64,000 nt of DNA from Octopus vulgaris (lineage: Eukaryota): contig OX597820.1 of the NCBI GenBank assembly GCA_951406725.2, forward strand, positions 53,258,001 to 53,322,000. Direction: 5' to 3'. The position numbers and the translations under genes are program-made. Within the stretch, counting starts at the first letter, position 1. Each line of letters begins with the position of its first letter. This document shows, piece by piece, positions 52,845 to 64,000 of this stretch. The notes under the pieces were generated by a model. It did not search any database. It had not been told where the DNA came from and saw only the letters and a program-made list of their open reading frames with translations.

Positions 52845-53100
52845 CTCATTTTAAGTTTAAAACATAAAATAATTAAATAGCATGGTTTTGTTTTTATTAC
52901 ATTTCGATTTTTAACTCATAGATTTACGAGCTAACTGTAAATTTCTTTTTAATTGTGTTTTGATTTTAAATACAAATAGATTTATGTTTCCTATAAAAAT
53001 TCGCTTTTATTGTTTCGATTTTTCAAACACAAGATATAAATAATTTACTTTAAAACTACATTTTTGTTCTTTGATTTCAAATGCAAACTAAAAATTGTAG
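52845..53100. repeat. Cryptic AT-rich ~56-bp minisatellite (4-5 units)
   Basis: TT(T/C)GATTT..AAA.(A/G)CAA-like motif with its G at 52906, 52962, 53017 and 53073. Confidence 0.65.
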
Positions 53101-53479
53101 AATAAATTTAGAACTATTTTGTATGTGTCCTGTTCTTCCTAACCTTTGAACCCAGGCAGGCCCCAGTCAGTACAACCGTAGTAGATATCTGACTGTAATA
53201 CAATCATTATCGCTCTAAGAATAGAATACACATGGCCGGATTTGATGCTAGTGAGATTCTAAGCTATAAAAGATTCAAGGATCGAAAGTAAAAAATTATG
53301 CAATTTCTTTTTTGTTTTTAAATAGCTTACATCAGGATACGTTTATACGCGCATAATCTTTTTACTACTATTTACTATTTATTGTTTATGTACTTTAAAA
53401 AGCCCCCGGCAGACTAACACACCTCGTCTATGTGTGTTCGACTTCATATATGTGTGTGTATGAATGTGTATACATATAT

Positions 53480-53844
53480 GTATGTTCCCAACTACAAAGT
53501 TTTGGGTTCAGTCCCACTGCGTGGCATCTTGGGCAAGTGTCTAGTATAGACTCGGGGCGACCGAAGCCTTGTGAGTGGAATTAATAAACAAAAACTGAAA
53601 GAAGCTCGGCTTGGATACATGCACATTTATGTGTGTTTCTTTGTGTGTGTGTATGTCACCTACCACTGTTCGAAAAACGGTGTTGGTGCGTTTACGTCTC
53701 CGTAACTTAGAAGTTTGACAAAACTAACCCGTTAGAATATGGACCTGGCTCTAAAAAACAAGCAGTGCGGTAGATTCACTTAACTAAAATACTTGAAGAC
53801 GTTGCCCCAGCATGGCCTCTGTCTAGCGACTGAAATAAGTGAAA

Positions 53845-53848
<4 letters not shown>
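53480..53848 (+). mobile_element. SINE family B
   Basis: GGGTTCAGTCCCACTGCGTGGCATCTTGGGCAAGTG..tail GCCCCAGCATGGCC. Confidence 0.88.
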
Positions 53849-53881
<33 letters not shown>

Positions 53882-53980
53882 AACGTCATAGGGAAATCAT
53901 TTTCAAAAATGTAACTAAACATGAACTGTTGGTGATTTTCTCCTCCTTCTTCCTTCCCTTTTCGGCCCTCCTATGTCCCC

Positions 53981-54016
53981 AATTTCCGAAGAAGAGCCTA
54001 TGCCCGAAACGATGAA
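53981..54016 (+). ncRNA. Degenerate minimal hammerhead-like motif with CCGAAGA core
   Basis: TTT-CCGAAGA-A-GAGC(CTAT)GCCC-GAAA-CGAT. Same architecture as 17103-17140. Lies in a ~230-bp insert between (TA)n and (TATC)n. Confidence 0.5.
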
Positions 54017-54110
54017 CAACCAGTCTTTCTTTCCCTGCATGTCTTGTTAATACTTTGCATGTACTACGTCCTAGGGTTCTTGTCTTTTCTCTCCATTTTT
54101 TAATCAACTA

Positions 54111-54185
<75 letters not shown>

Positions 54186-54973
54186 ATATATATATATATA
54201 TATATATTCAGAGAGAGAGAGAGAGAAAGGAGGGGAGAGTGGGAGGGAGAGAGAGAGAGTTCTAGTTTCTTATAATCTAGCAGATCACTTCTAATTTAGC
54301 TCCAATTTCAATAATCTGGATCTTATTGACAATTTTTCCTATTCATACAAAACAATAAAAATGCATGTGAGCGTGTTCATAACAAGTTTCCAGCATGTTC
54401 ACTTCCTGAATAAGGCTCAGTTGGCGCCTGACTGTTCATTCATCACTCTTGCTGTATTATTTTTAACATAACAATTTCACTTTTTTGTAATTTATAGTTC
54501 CATTTTCTCAAATTATACCTAACGCGTGAGAATACTTGTTTTTAATACAATGATTGCCATATCGATATCAGAGCTCATCCCTACCCCAAAATTATATGAA
54601 TGAATATTTTTACCCAACACCGTCCCTTTATTAATGAGGTAGCAGAGTAGCATTTTCATCCCTCCAATTCTTTGTTCGCCGCAGTAATTTGAAAGCATTT
54701 TTTCTGCTTTTTCGTGCAGACCGTTTTCAACCCTCATATGCCCGTCTATGAGAAACACACCTGTAATGCAATTAAAGGACAACACCTATGTTTTTACTAT
54801 GCAATATTTGTGTAGCTTTCTTTGTTTGATGTGGAGAGCAGTGCCATGGCGTGGATTTTGGCCGCCATGTATTGCATCCAAACTGTTCAGCCCTTTGTTA
54901 AATGTAATATCCCCTCGTTACAGTAAATATTACAGCAAATACATGCATACTTTCACAAACACACACACACACA

Positions 54974-56157
54974 CACATGACAGAATTAAATAGGCACCAT
55001 TATAATCATTAAAATTTATTTAAATCTAAAATTATATATTCAAATTATTTGTTAATTGTTATAATGTAAACATTTAATATTTAGTATATTTACCCTTTGC
55101 ATTTTTCAATGCAAGGACCCTATTAGGCATGTTACTGACCAGATGACGAATATTCTCTTGCGGAATGTCTTGCCCAGATTCATGCAGTAATCTCAAAAGA
55201 TCTAGCTTTGGGGATGCTTTCTTGGTCTTTCTATGAAGTGTCCTGTCCATTATGTCTCAGAGATGTTCAATAGGGTTTTTATCTAGTGACTGGCTTAGCC
55301 ATGGAAGCTTTTTAATGCCATTCTGATCCAACATATCTTGGATCATTTTGGCTGTGTGACAAGGAGATCCATCTTCCACAAACGAAGATTGGAAGGAATC
55401 CTTTCTGAAATATGGACACATATTTAACTGAGTTTATGTTTCCCTCACACTCCACCAGCTCAGATCAACCATTGCACCAAATTGCTTCCTAGACCATCAC
55501 AGAATAACTGCCGAGTTTCGTAGTTGCAATCTTTTCCCATCAAATTCTTGATCATAGAGTCTCGCGACCCACACTCGAGCACTCTCAGGAAATAGAACAA
55601 ATCTGGACTCATGTGAGAATATGACAATGTCCCAAAATTCTAGTGGCCTTTCTACTATCTCACTGGCCCAATCTTTTCTCCGCTTGATGTTGGGTGTACG
55701 AATACGTAGCTTACTTCTTGCTGCTCTACCAAGTAACCAAGTTTGTGAAGGTATCTCACAGCTGTTCTGGGACTGACATCAACATGTTCTGCTATGTCAG
55801 AGGCCTTCTCTTAGTATTGAGAATGGTCCTGTCAGAGCGCCCTGGTTGATCTGGGTGAGGTGATGTGGACTCCTTTCCCTCTCTGGGGAATTGCGCAATC
55901 ACTCTAATAACTGTAGAAAGTGGGATCCCAAGGTTTTCTGGAATTTCACGCTGACTATGTCCATCTTCAGACTGGCCCACAATACAACCTCTTTGAAATT
56001 CAGACAGTTCCAAGGCTTCTTTTGTACATGGCATGATTAAAGTCACATATAGAACCTGAAACATAAAACTGTAAATTAGTAAAAAATATAAACCGTTACA
56101 AAGTAGAATAAACCTAAAACGATGCTTTATATGTTGTCTATTTACTTCTGTCATGTG
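54974..56157 (-). mobile_element. Full-length decayed Tc1-family (DD34E) DNA transposon, ~1.18 kb, 27-bp TIRs
   Basis: TIRs CACATGACAGAATTAAATAGGCACCAT (54974-55000) and the reverse complement of 56131-56157 match at 24/27. They enclose a transposase pseudogene. Confidence 0.95.
55074..56034 (-). pseudogene. Tc1 transposase pseudogene
   Basis: [36 protein letters not shown] (HTH); WDIVIFSHESRF (first D mutated to H); VEDGSPCHTAK..34 aa..NPIEHL; ..MPNRVLALKNAKGKYTKY*. Contains internal stops and frameshifts. Confidence 0.93.
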
Positions 56158-56179
56158 TGTGTGTGCGTGTGAGTATGTG

Positions 56180-56410
56180 TGTGTGCACTTTTTTGTTAAA
56201 GCTGCAAAAACATCGCAGAAACTCAGAGTTGATGGTGGTGTTTTGCATTCGTTAGACGGTTGTGATCAAGAGTCCTCATCACAACCGTCCAACGAACGGA
56301 AACGTGAAACTTTGAATAATAGCCTTGTGATGATTTTATTACTTCAATAAAAACGCATATTACTCTGCCTTCGGTATTCGAATTCTATTTATCTTCATCT
56401 TCCTTTGCAT
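56180..56410. mobile_element. Fold-back Penelope-like small element with a decayed hammerhead (56281-56322), related to 35100-35270
   Basis: CCAACGA-ACG(GAAA)CGT-GAAA-CTTTGAA-TA. Central 19-bp hairpin 56248-56296. ATTACTCTGCCTTCGGTATTC (~56359) is the reverse complement of GAATACCGAAGGTAGAGTAAT (~35133) with one mismatch. Confidence 0.7.
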
Positions 56411-56425
56411 TTATGTGCTTCCTCG

Positions 56426-56487
<62 letters not shown>

Positions 56488-56600
56488 GAACGCCCTGTGC
56501 AATCTGAACCCCTTGTATGTCCCACGCTTTGCCATGAATGGGGGATAAACTGCAGGTTTTTTGATAACTGGAATTAGTCATAAAATAAAATGAAGAAATA

Positions 56601-56835
56601 TATTTTTCTTTACTGCCCACAAGGGGCTAAACATAGAAGGGACAAACAAGGACAGACAAAGGGATTAAGTCGATTACATCGACCTCAGTGCGAAACTGGT
56701 ACTTAATTTATCAACCCCGAAAGGATGAAAGGCAAAGTCGACCTCGGCGGAATTTGAACTGAGAACGTAATGACAGATGAAATACTGCTAAGCAATTCGC
56801 CCGGCGTGCTAACGTTTCTGCCAGCTCGCCGCCTT
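56601..56835 (-). mobile_element. SINE family A, full length
   Basis: Highly similar to 21795-22021. Confidence 0.94.
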
Positions 56836-57146
56836 CAGGTGCCAAAGCAGACTACAGAGCAATGCGAAAAAATTGTTATGACCTCTTCAATATGTCTTCA
56901 AGAATCCCTTTGGTGATAAATGCACAGATGCACTTCCCTTCGTTTAAATTTATGGATACAACATAACAATAGAATATATGTATTGCATGTAGTACAATGC
57001 ATGCTGTGACTATTTAAAGATTGTAGACCTTAATTTTTGTAAGTTCTGTGAAATATTAAATGTTTTGATTGTATACATTTTTATCCTATTCTGTTTATAA
57101 TTCATAAGATAGATACCTTCAACAAAAAAGATCAACTATAACTATA

Positions 57147-57317
57147 GGCGCAGGAGTGGCTGTGTGGTAGGTAGCTTGCTAACCAACCACATGGTTGCGG
57201 GTTCAGTCCCACTGCGTGGCATCTTGGGCAAGTGTCTTCTGCTATAGCCCCGGGCCGACCAATGCCTTGTGAGTGGATTTGGTAGATGGAAACTGAAAAA
57301 AGCCTGTCGTATATATG

Positions 57318-57351
<34 letters not shown>

Positions 57352-57553
57352 ATTGTGTGTCTGTGTTTGTCCCCTAGCATTGCTTGACAACCGATGCTGG
57401 AGTGTTTACGTCCCCGTCACTTAGCGGTTCGGCAAAAGAGACCGATAGAATAAGTACTGGGCTTACAAAGAATAAATCCCGGGGTCGATTTGCTCGACTA
57501 AAGGCGGTGCACCAGCATGGCCGCAGTTAAATGACTGAAACAAGTAAAAGAGA
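57147..57553 (+). mobile_element. SINE family B, best full-length copy
   Basis: GGCGCAGGAGTGGCTGTGTGGTAGG (A-box), GGGTTCAGTCCC (B-box), CORE-like CTTGGGCAAGTGTCTTCT, internal (TA)n(TG)n, tail GGCGGTGCACCAGCATGGCCGCAGTTAAATGACTGAAACAAGTAAAAGAG. Confidence 0.95.
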
Positions 57554-58472
57554 GTATAAAACGCAAAGCACGACTAAAATTAATGCTACTTTAATTTAAC
57601 GTACCAGTTTCGAAAGACTATCGCATTTTAAAATTTGTATTTCAAAAGTTGCTGTTTTTCTCCCAGTTGGAAAATATAAACATATAAATGAATATACTTG
57701 AGAAATTTATGTGAAAATGCGGTTTCATATTCAGCTATTATATTACCTTCAATTTCTCGCTTTTAGCACGTTTTTCGATCTTATTCTCAACAAATTCAGC
57801 TCCTTTTGAAAATTTCTTCATTTAGCAATACAGAAGAAAAGACACTTTAAGTTAATCTAGATAGGGGATAACACAAAAAGACGGGTTGGTTGTAGATTCA
57901 CGTCCTCGATTAGGCTGAGAAGTCGGGCTAAACGGCAGCAGCAACAACAACGATAACGCAAATCGTACAAACAACAAAAACAATCGCAAACGACACTAGC
58001 ATAAACAATAAGAACCACAGCAAGAACCAAAATATTACCATCGACACTAAAAGCACTCGAAATATCAAATACATCAGCAACACTTTTAGTTTATTACAAG
58101 CCCATTACCACCACCACCACCACCAACAACAACAACGCCACCACCATCACTACGATTACGACAACTGCTGCTGTTACTATTACTAATACTACTACTACAA
58201 AGACCACCACTACTACTAACATTACTACTAACGCCACTACTACTCTTACTACTACTACTAATGAGATATTAATCTACAAACAAATGTAATGGCATGGTTC
58301 TGAAAACATCAAAGAGATTCGGCTATGAGTAAGTCACTTTATGTTCAGGTTACGTGGTAAATGAATAGCATATGGTATGCAATGAGATGGGTGGGGGTAT
58401 TTTGATATCACTGCTGGATAGAAAATTGGTGGTCTGACACACAGACATTCAAATAGATAGATAGAAAGATAT

Positions 58473-58526
<54 letters not shown>

Positions 58527-58665
58527 TGGACAGTTACATGCATAAGCATATAGGCGGATGTATAAATACATTAAAACACACATTTATGTGTGTTTATGTA
58601 TGTGCGTTTGTACATTGATATATATATATGCGTGTACATGTGTACACGCACACACACGCACACAC

Positions 58666-58751
<86 letters not shown>

Positions 58752-59184
58752 TCGGTAATTTAGCCATGCTTACCTCTATATTGATATTCACATAGAAAGA
58801 CAAATTTAGGCATCGTTGAATGGTCAAGGTGTTTAATTCCTAACCAAGAAGTCCCGGTTTCGATACAACCGCGAGAAACGTTCGTCTCGTTTCTCTACTA
58901 AAGCTTCGGTCAACCTAAAATTTTGAGTGAAATTGAATAGAAAGAAGCTGTAGAATCACTTCGAGTTGATTTTAACCACAGGTCCGGACTTGTCGCGCTA
59001 TATCATGTAGATTCTGTTCGAGAATTACATTAGGGTTCAAGTACCAGCTGAATACTCAGCCACTTATGTCGTAAAATTAATGAGTGGATCATACAATTGA
59101 TAGAAAAACTGGTCAACACATACGTCGAAATTGACAAGAGAGTCCATGTATTGCATGAATGCATTTATGCATGTGTGCATAAAT

Positions 59185-59351
59185 GGTTGTGGATGGCTGT
59201 GTCTGTAAGAAGCTTGTTTTGCAACCATGCCCTTCGGGTTCGGTCCCACTATGCAGCAACCTGGGCAAGTGACTTTTACTATAACCCCCGAGCCAGCAAT
59301 AAATTGCGGATCAGTTTCGTAGACGGAAACAGTATAGAATTACGTTGTATA

Positions 59352-59382
<31 letters not shown>

Positions 59383-59635
59383 TGTATGTATGTACGTGTA
59401 GGTGGGGTGGTGTGTTGGTGTTTGTCTTTCCCCGTCATCACCACTTGTCAGTTGGTGTTGGTTTGTTTATGTCCCATTCATTAGGCGGTTTGGCAAAGGA
59501 TACTGATTTGATTAGTAAGATATTTGGGAAATGAGTACTGAAATCGATTTGTTCTATTAAGCACTTGGAAGCGATGCCCCAGCATGGTCGCAGCCCAATT
59601 ACTGAATGAAGTAATAGATATGAAAAGGAAATAAA
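59185..59635 (+). mobile_element. Diverged SINE family B
   Basis: GGCTGTGTCTGTAAGAAGCTTG..GGGTTCGGTCCCAC..CTGGGCAAGTG..GCCCCAGCATGGTCGCAG. Confidence 0.82.
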
Positions 59636-59982
59636 ATGCGAAAATGTGGATGTGTGAGTGAGTGTAATATGTGTATGTTGTGTGTGTGTAAGTGTATGCA
59701 TGTATGTATGTATGTATTTATGTATGTATGTATGTATGTGTGTGTAAGTGTATGTATGTATGTATGTATGTATGTATGTATGTACATATGTATGTATACA
59801 TGCACGCATGTATGTTGTGTGTATGTGTATGCATGTACGTACGTATTTATGTATGTATGTATGTATGTATGCATGTATGTTCTTTTTCTCTTTTCAATTT
59901 AGAGTAAATTTCGACCGGCCACCTACCTGGTGGCAAGGTTGTGAAGGAAAGCATCTTGCTTTCCTCATCATCCTTTTAATCT

Positions 59983-60375
59983 TTAGAAAGTTTTGCAGGT
60001 ATTTGTAGTCCCAAATATCGTGGCCATTTGCAACGTATGAATTAGAGATTTGCCTTTCCTCCACATGATGCCAACTTCAGCTATACTTTGGTCCAGGCAG
60101 GTTGGTATACATCCAGTTACTCCATTGATAATAGGTATGAAGTTGAAAGCCTCTCTTGGGTATCAGATTTGTAAATTCTTTATTAATAGTCCATAGAAGT
60201 CTTCTTTTTCTTGTATTTTTGTAACCAAATTAGTGACCAGAGGACAAATAATTTCTACAAAAGATCATATCATCCAACACAACAATATCTGGCCTGTTGT
60301 ATTTTAAATTAGTGGCTGGTTTAATTTTCAAGTTCCACCAATATTCGTTTGACTCATCCTTTTTCAATATCATCA
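59983..60375 (-). mobile_element. RLE (PD-(D/E)xK) endonuclease domain of an R4/Dong- or NeSL-like non-LTR retrotransposon, decayed
   Basis: EYWWNLKIKPATNLKYNRPDIVVLD / FVEIICPLVTNLVTKIQEKEDFYGLLIKNLQI*YP..FIPIINGVTGCIP..LQMATIFGTTNTCKTF, with one frameshift and one stop. Confidence 0.85.
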
Positions 60376-60401
60376 ATTCGTCTGTTTATCTGTCTGTCTT
60401 A

Positions 60402-61230
60402 TGTATGTATGTATGTATGTATGTATGTATGTATGTATGTATGTATGTATGTATGTATGTATGTATGTATGTATGCATTGTCATTATTCAGTTTTATTCC
60501 AAGATTTCTCGCCAATAGAGAAAGAGCCGGTTTTTAACCTATCCAAGACTCCATTGGAATTTCAGAAATATCAACGGGACATTTTTGCATGTATTTGAGT
60601 ATATGTGTAACATTTGGAATCATTGCATGTGCAGATTTGTGTATTTTGTTTTATGTAATCTCGTATTGCTTGTCTAGACATGCTCATATATACTTAAATG
60701 ACAAATTTCACGGATTTTTAGAGTTCCAGCAGTGGTTTCGGTCTGTAGTCTTCGAATCAGCTTTCTCCTTTTTGGTTTGGAGAAGCCTAATGTCTCAATA
60801 TTGATACTTAGACAGTGTGCTACATATGTGTGTGTGTCTGTATGTATTTATGTATGTATGTATCCATGTATGTATGTATGCATGTAGGTATGTATGTATG
60901 TATGTATGTATGTATGTATGTATGCATCCATGTGTGTATGCATGTATGTATATTTGTATGTGTGTGTGTAAGTATGTATGTATATATGTATTTATGTATG
61001 CATGTATATATGTATTTATGTATGTATGTATGTATGAATGTATGTATGTATGTATATATGTATTTATGTATGTATATATGTATGTATGTATGCATGTATG
61101 TATGAATGTATGGATGGATGTATTTATGTTGGTAGGGTAGCAGGTAGATAGGTAAGTCGGTAGGTAGGTAAGAATGTATGTATGTATGTATGTATGTATG
61201 TATGTATGTATGTATGCATGCATGCATGTA
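60402..61230. repeat. (TATG)n pure and degenerate arrays (also 59690-59880)
   Basis: Direct reading. Unique island at 60476-60820. Confidence 0.9.
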
Positions 61231-61589
61231 TGGTAGGTAATATATGAAACAAAAATGAACTAAAAAAAATCATTCAGAATAGCCAACGACAATTTTGAAT
61301 AAGGTATATTGATGTATTGAATAACACACTAGATAAAAAGGGTGTAGATCATTTGCTTCGTTGCAACAGATACCAACTCAACGTGAAAGCCAAAGATAAT
61401 CTAATCAATCGAATATCCTCCAAAATTGACACACCATTCAGAAATGACCATAAGAGGGCTACTGCGGAACCATCCTTCTCTTTCAATAGGCAGCCACATC
61501 GTATATGATATATTTTTCAGTGCCTGGAAGTACTATTTTCTTTATGTTCTATACCACTGTCTATGTATGTCTTTGGTTTACTGCACACA

Positions 61590-61860
61590 ATATCTGTAAG
61601 AGACACAATAATGCTATTGTAAGTTTGTTGTGAGCACTTCTAAGTCTTCGTGTTTTGTTTATATATTTATCTGCATACCTTTTATCCTTCCAATGGCACC
61701 TATAACCATTGTCACAGTTTTTTTTTCTTTGTAGCTACACATTCTGGTTAACTCTCTTTTTAACGCCTTTACACTTTGATAGAATCTGCACTTCTTTTCG
61801 TGACATTATTGTCTGTTGAATATGCATTTGTGGTTGTCTGTAACAATATAACCAGAGTTG
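61590..61860 (-). mobile_element. Second, different RLE-domain relic (R4/Dong-like 3' end) abutting a (GGT)n(AGT)n tract
   Basis: Frameshifted STDNNV/SRKEVQILSKCK/KELTRMCS/TVTMVIGAIGRIK matches the 'PxDxNVxxKExEKLSKYKDLxxExxRMW..TVPIVIGALG' pattern. Confidence 0.7.
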
Positions 61861-61886
61861 TGGTAACGGTGGTGGTGGTGGTGGTG

Positions 61887-61927
<41 letters not shown>

Positions 61928-62019
61928 TGCTGTTGTTGTTGCTGCTTTATCTTTGTTATATCCAATATAAAGTGTTACAAGTGGGTTGAACTTTGAGATC
62001 TGGAGAGCAGAATACATGA

Positions 62020-62059
<40 letters not shown>

Positions 62060-62655
62060 AACACACAAACAAAACAGTGCCAGGGACAGTGTTAGTATGA
62101 AAGGGAGAGGAAAAGACAGACATGCAAAGCCCAAAGACAGAGCGAGCGAGAAAGAAAGAAAGAATGGAAAAAGAAAGAAAGAAAGAAAAAAAGAAAGGAA
62201 AAGGAAAGAAAGAAAGGAAAAAGAACGAAAGAAAGGGGAGTGAATGCAAGAGTCACAGCTATGTGACTAATGTCTTCGTATAATTTCCAAATAGTTTAGG
62301 ATTTGATATAATATTAAACAGTGTGGAATTGTCTGGGGAATTTCTGCTGGAACAGTTTTCGAACCTGTGAACTAGGATTGGAATATTTAAAGAAACATTC
62401 GAAAAAATTGGAAGTTCGTAAGTGGTCGCTTAACAAAATCTCCGTCAAATATCCCACCAACAGTTATTTCTTTAAAAAGAATGTGCAAAGGATACAGTGG
62501 CCCTGAGATACAATATACTAAAAAAAAGGACGACAAATAGACACAGGAAAGTCACGGGTGGAACAAGTTTGATCACGCCTCATCTTTATCAGCTCTGAAA
62601 TGAGATGATTCAATGGCTGCTCTATAGAAATCCTATCTTAATATTTATGTTTACT

Positions 62656-63010
62656 AAGGCGGCGAAACGTTCTGAGTTCAATTCCGCCTAGGTCGACTTT
62701 GCCTTTCATCCTTTCGGGGCCGATAAATTAAGTACCAGTTGCATACTGGGGTCGATCTAATCGACTGGTTCCCTCCGCCCAAAATTTCGGTCCTTGTGCC
62801 TAGAGTAGAAAAGAATATTTACGTTTACTTTAAAGCGGCGAACTGGCAGAATCGTTAGCACGCCGGACAAAATGCTTAGCGGTAATTCGTCCGTTTTTTT
62901 ACTTCTGAGTTCAAATAAATAAAATAAGTACCAGTTGAACTCTGGGGTCGATGTAACCGACTAATCCTCCACCCCCGGAACTGCTGGCCTTGTGCCAACA
63001 TTTGAAACCG
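62656..63010 (+). mobile_element. Two head-to-tail SINE family A copies bounded by a triplicated 15-bp target
   Basis: ATATTTA(T/C)GTTTACT at 62641-62655, 62815-62829 and 63011-63025. Confidence 0.93.
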
Positions 63011-63494
63011 ATATTTACGTTTACTCTGTTATTCTGTTATTAATTATGCATTCTAAGTTTCAATTCCAGCAATATAAACAGAGTCGGACACATCAGTACC
63101 TGTAATATTATAAGGGCCGATTTAATCAACTCTGTCGCATCTCTACATATGTTTGACCTAGTGCCGGAAAGAAAAACTAATTTATTTTGTCTATTTCTCA
63201 ACTTGTTTATATATCTCTTCCATCTTTCTGAGTCCAATTAACGGTTAAACGGAAGAAAATTGTGTAAACATTATGAATATTTCTCATTTTGTTTCATATA
63301 ACGGACACAGCCTTCGCCGCCACCACTACACACACACACGCACGCACACACACACACACACACACACACAATCTTCGTGGCTACGCCCATGCATAGACAT
63401 ATGAAATGAATGGTGTCTATTTACTATTGAGATACCTGTTTGTAAGTTACATAAATATATATACGTATGCATGTATATGTATGTATGAATAATT

Positions 63495-63530
<36 letters not shown>

Positions 63531-63576
63531 ACACATATACAGATTTATATATATATATATATATACACATGTACAC

Positions 63577-63608
<32 letters not shown>

Positions 63609-63696
63609 AGTTTAAGTACATATAAACTCAAACGCATGTCTAAACATAACTACACCTAATATAGATAGATAGATTGATATATATATATATATATAT

Positions 63697-63753
<57 letters not shown>

Positions 63754-64000
63754 GGTATGGAGGGAGGGAGGGAGAGAGAGAAAGATTGGATCATAGACTA
63801 GCAAGTATGTTAGTGCATGCTTGACTAGATAACTTTATCATCTGCAATGAATGTATATATCTTCAGTCCCATCATAATATCGGTGTCATGAGCGTTGCAG
63901 CACATAGGCACAGATTATTTATGATGTCATTACATAATTTTTCTTTTTTTATAACATAATTTGGTGATATTTAGACGTAACTTCGCCGGCACAGTACCAT

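Noticed and set aside
62323-62418. Candidate plus-strand exon ending at GTAAGT (WNCLGNF..KKLEV)
   Set aside because: No pyrimidine tract at the acceptor and no recognisable protein. It may be a decayed mariner fragment.

Overview
AT-rich, repeat-dominated eukaryotic non-coding DNA (intergenic or intronic). The tRNA-derived SINE families and dense microsatellites look, from recall, like an Octopus (cephalopod) genome. I can support no intact protein-coding gene; the long ORFs in the track are translations of simple repeats. Contents: (1) an ~8.6 kb interrupted (TTC/GAA)n array (772-9380) with internal higher-order duplications, followed by a compound, partly inverted trinucleotide block; (2) dozens of copies of at least three tRNA-derived SINE families, some with clear target-site duplications (TSDs), nesting and head-to-tail stacking; (3) a decayed full-length Tc1 (DD34E) transposon with 27-bp TIRs (54974-56157); (4) CR1-type LINE fragments and relics of restriction-like-endonuclease (RLE) LINEs; (5) two cryptic old minisatellites; (6) one possible 110-nt exon. 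The most interesting signal is a dispersed set of small, mostly (TA)n-adjacent, often fold-back elements carrying minimal type-I hammerhead-ribozyme folds like those of Penelope-like retroelements. Several unrelated copies share a non-canonical CCGANGA core (U4->C) and a near-palindromic stem III that suggests dimeric cleavage. All folds and alignments were done by eye. Boundaries of degenerate elements are approximate.
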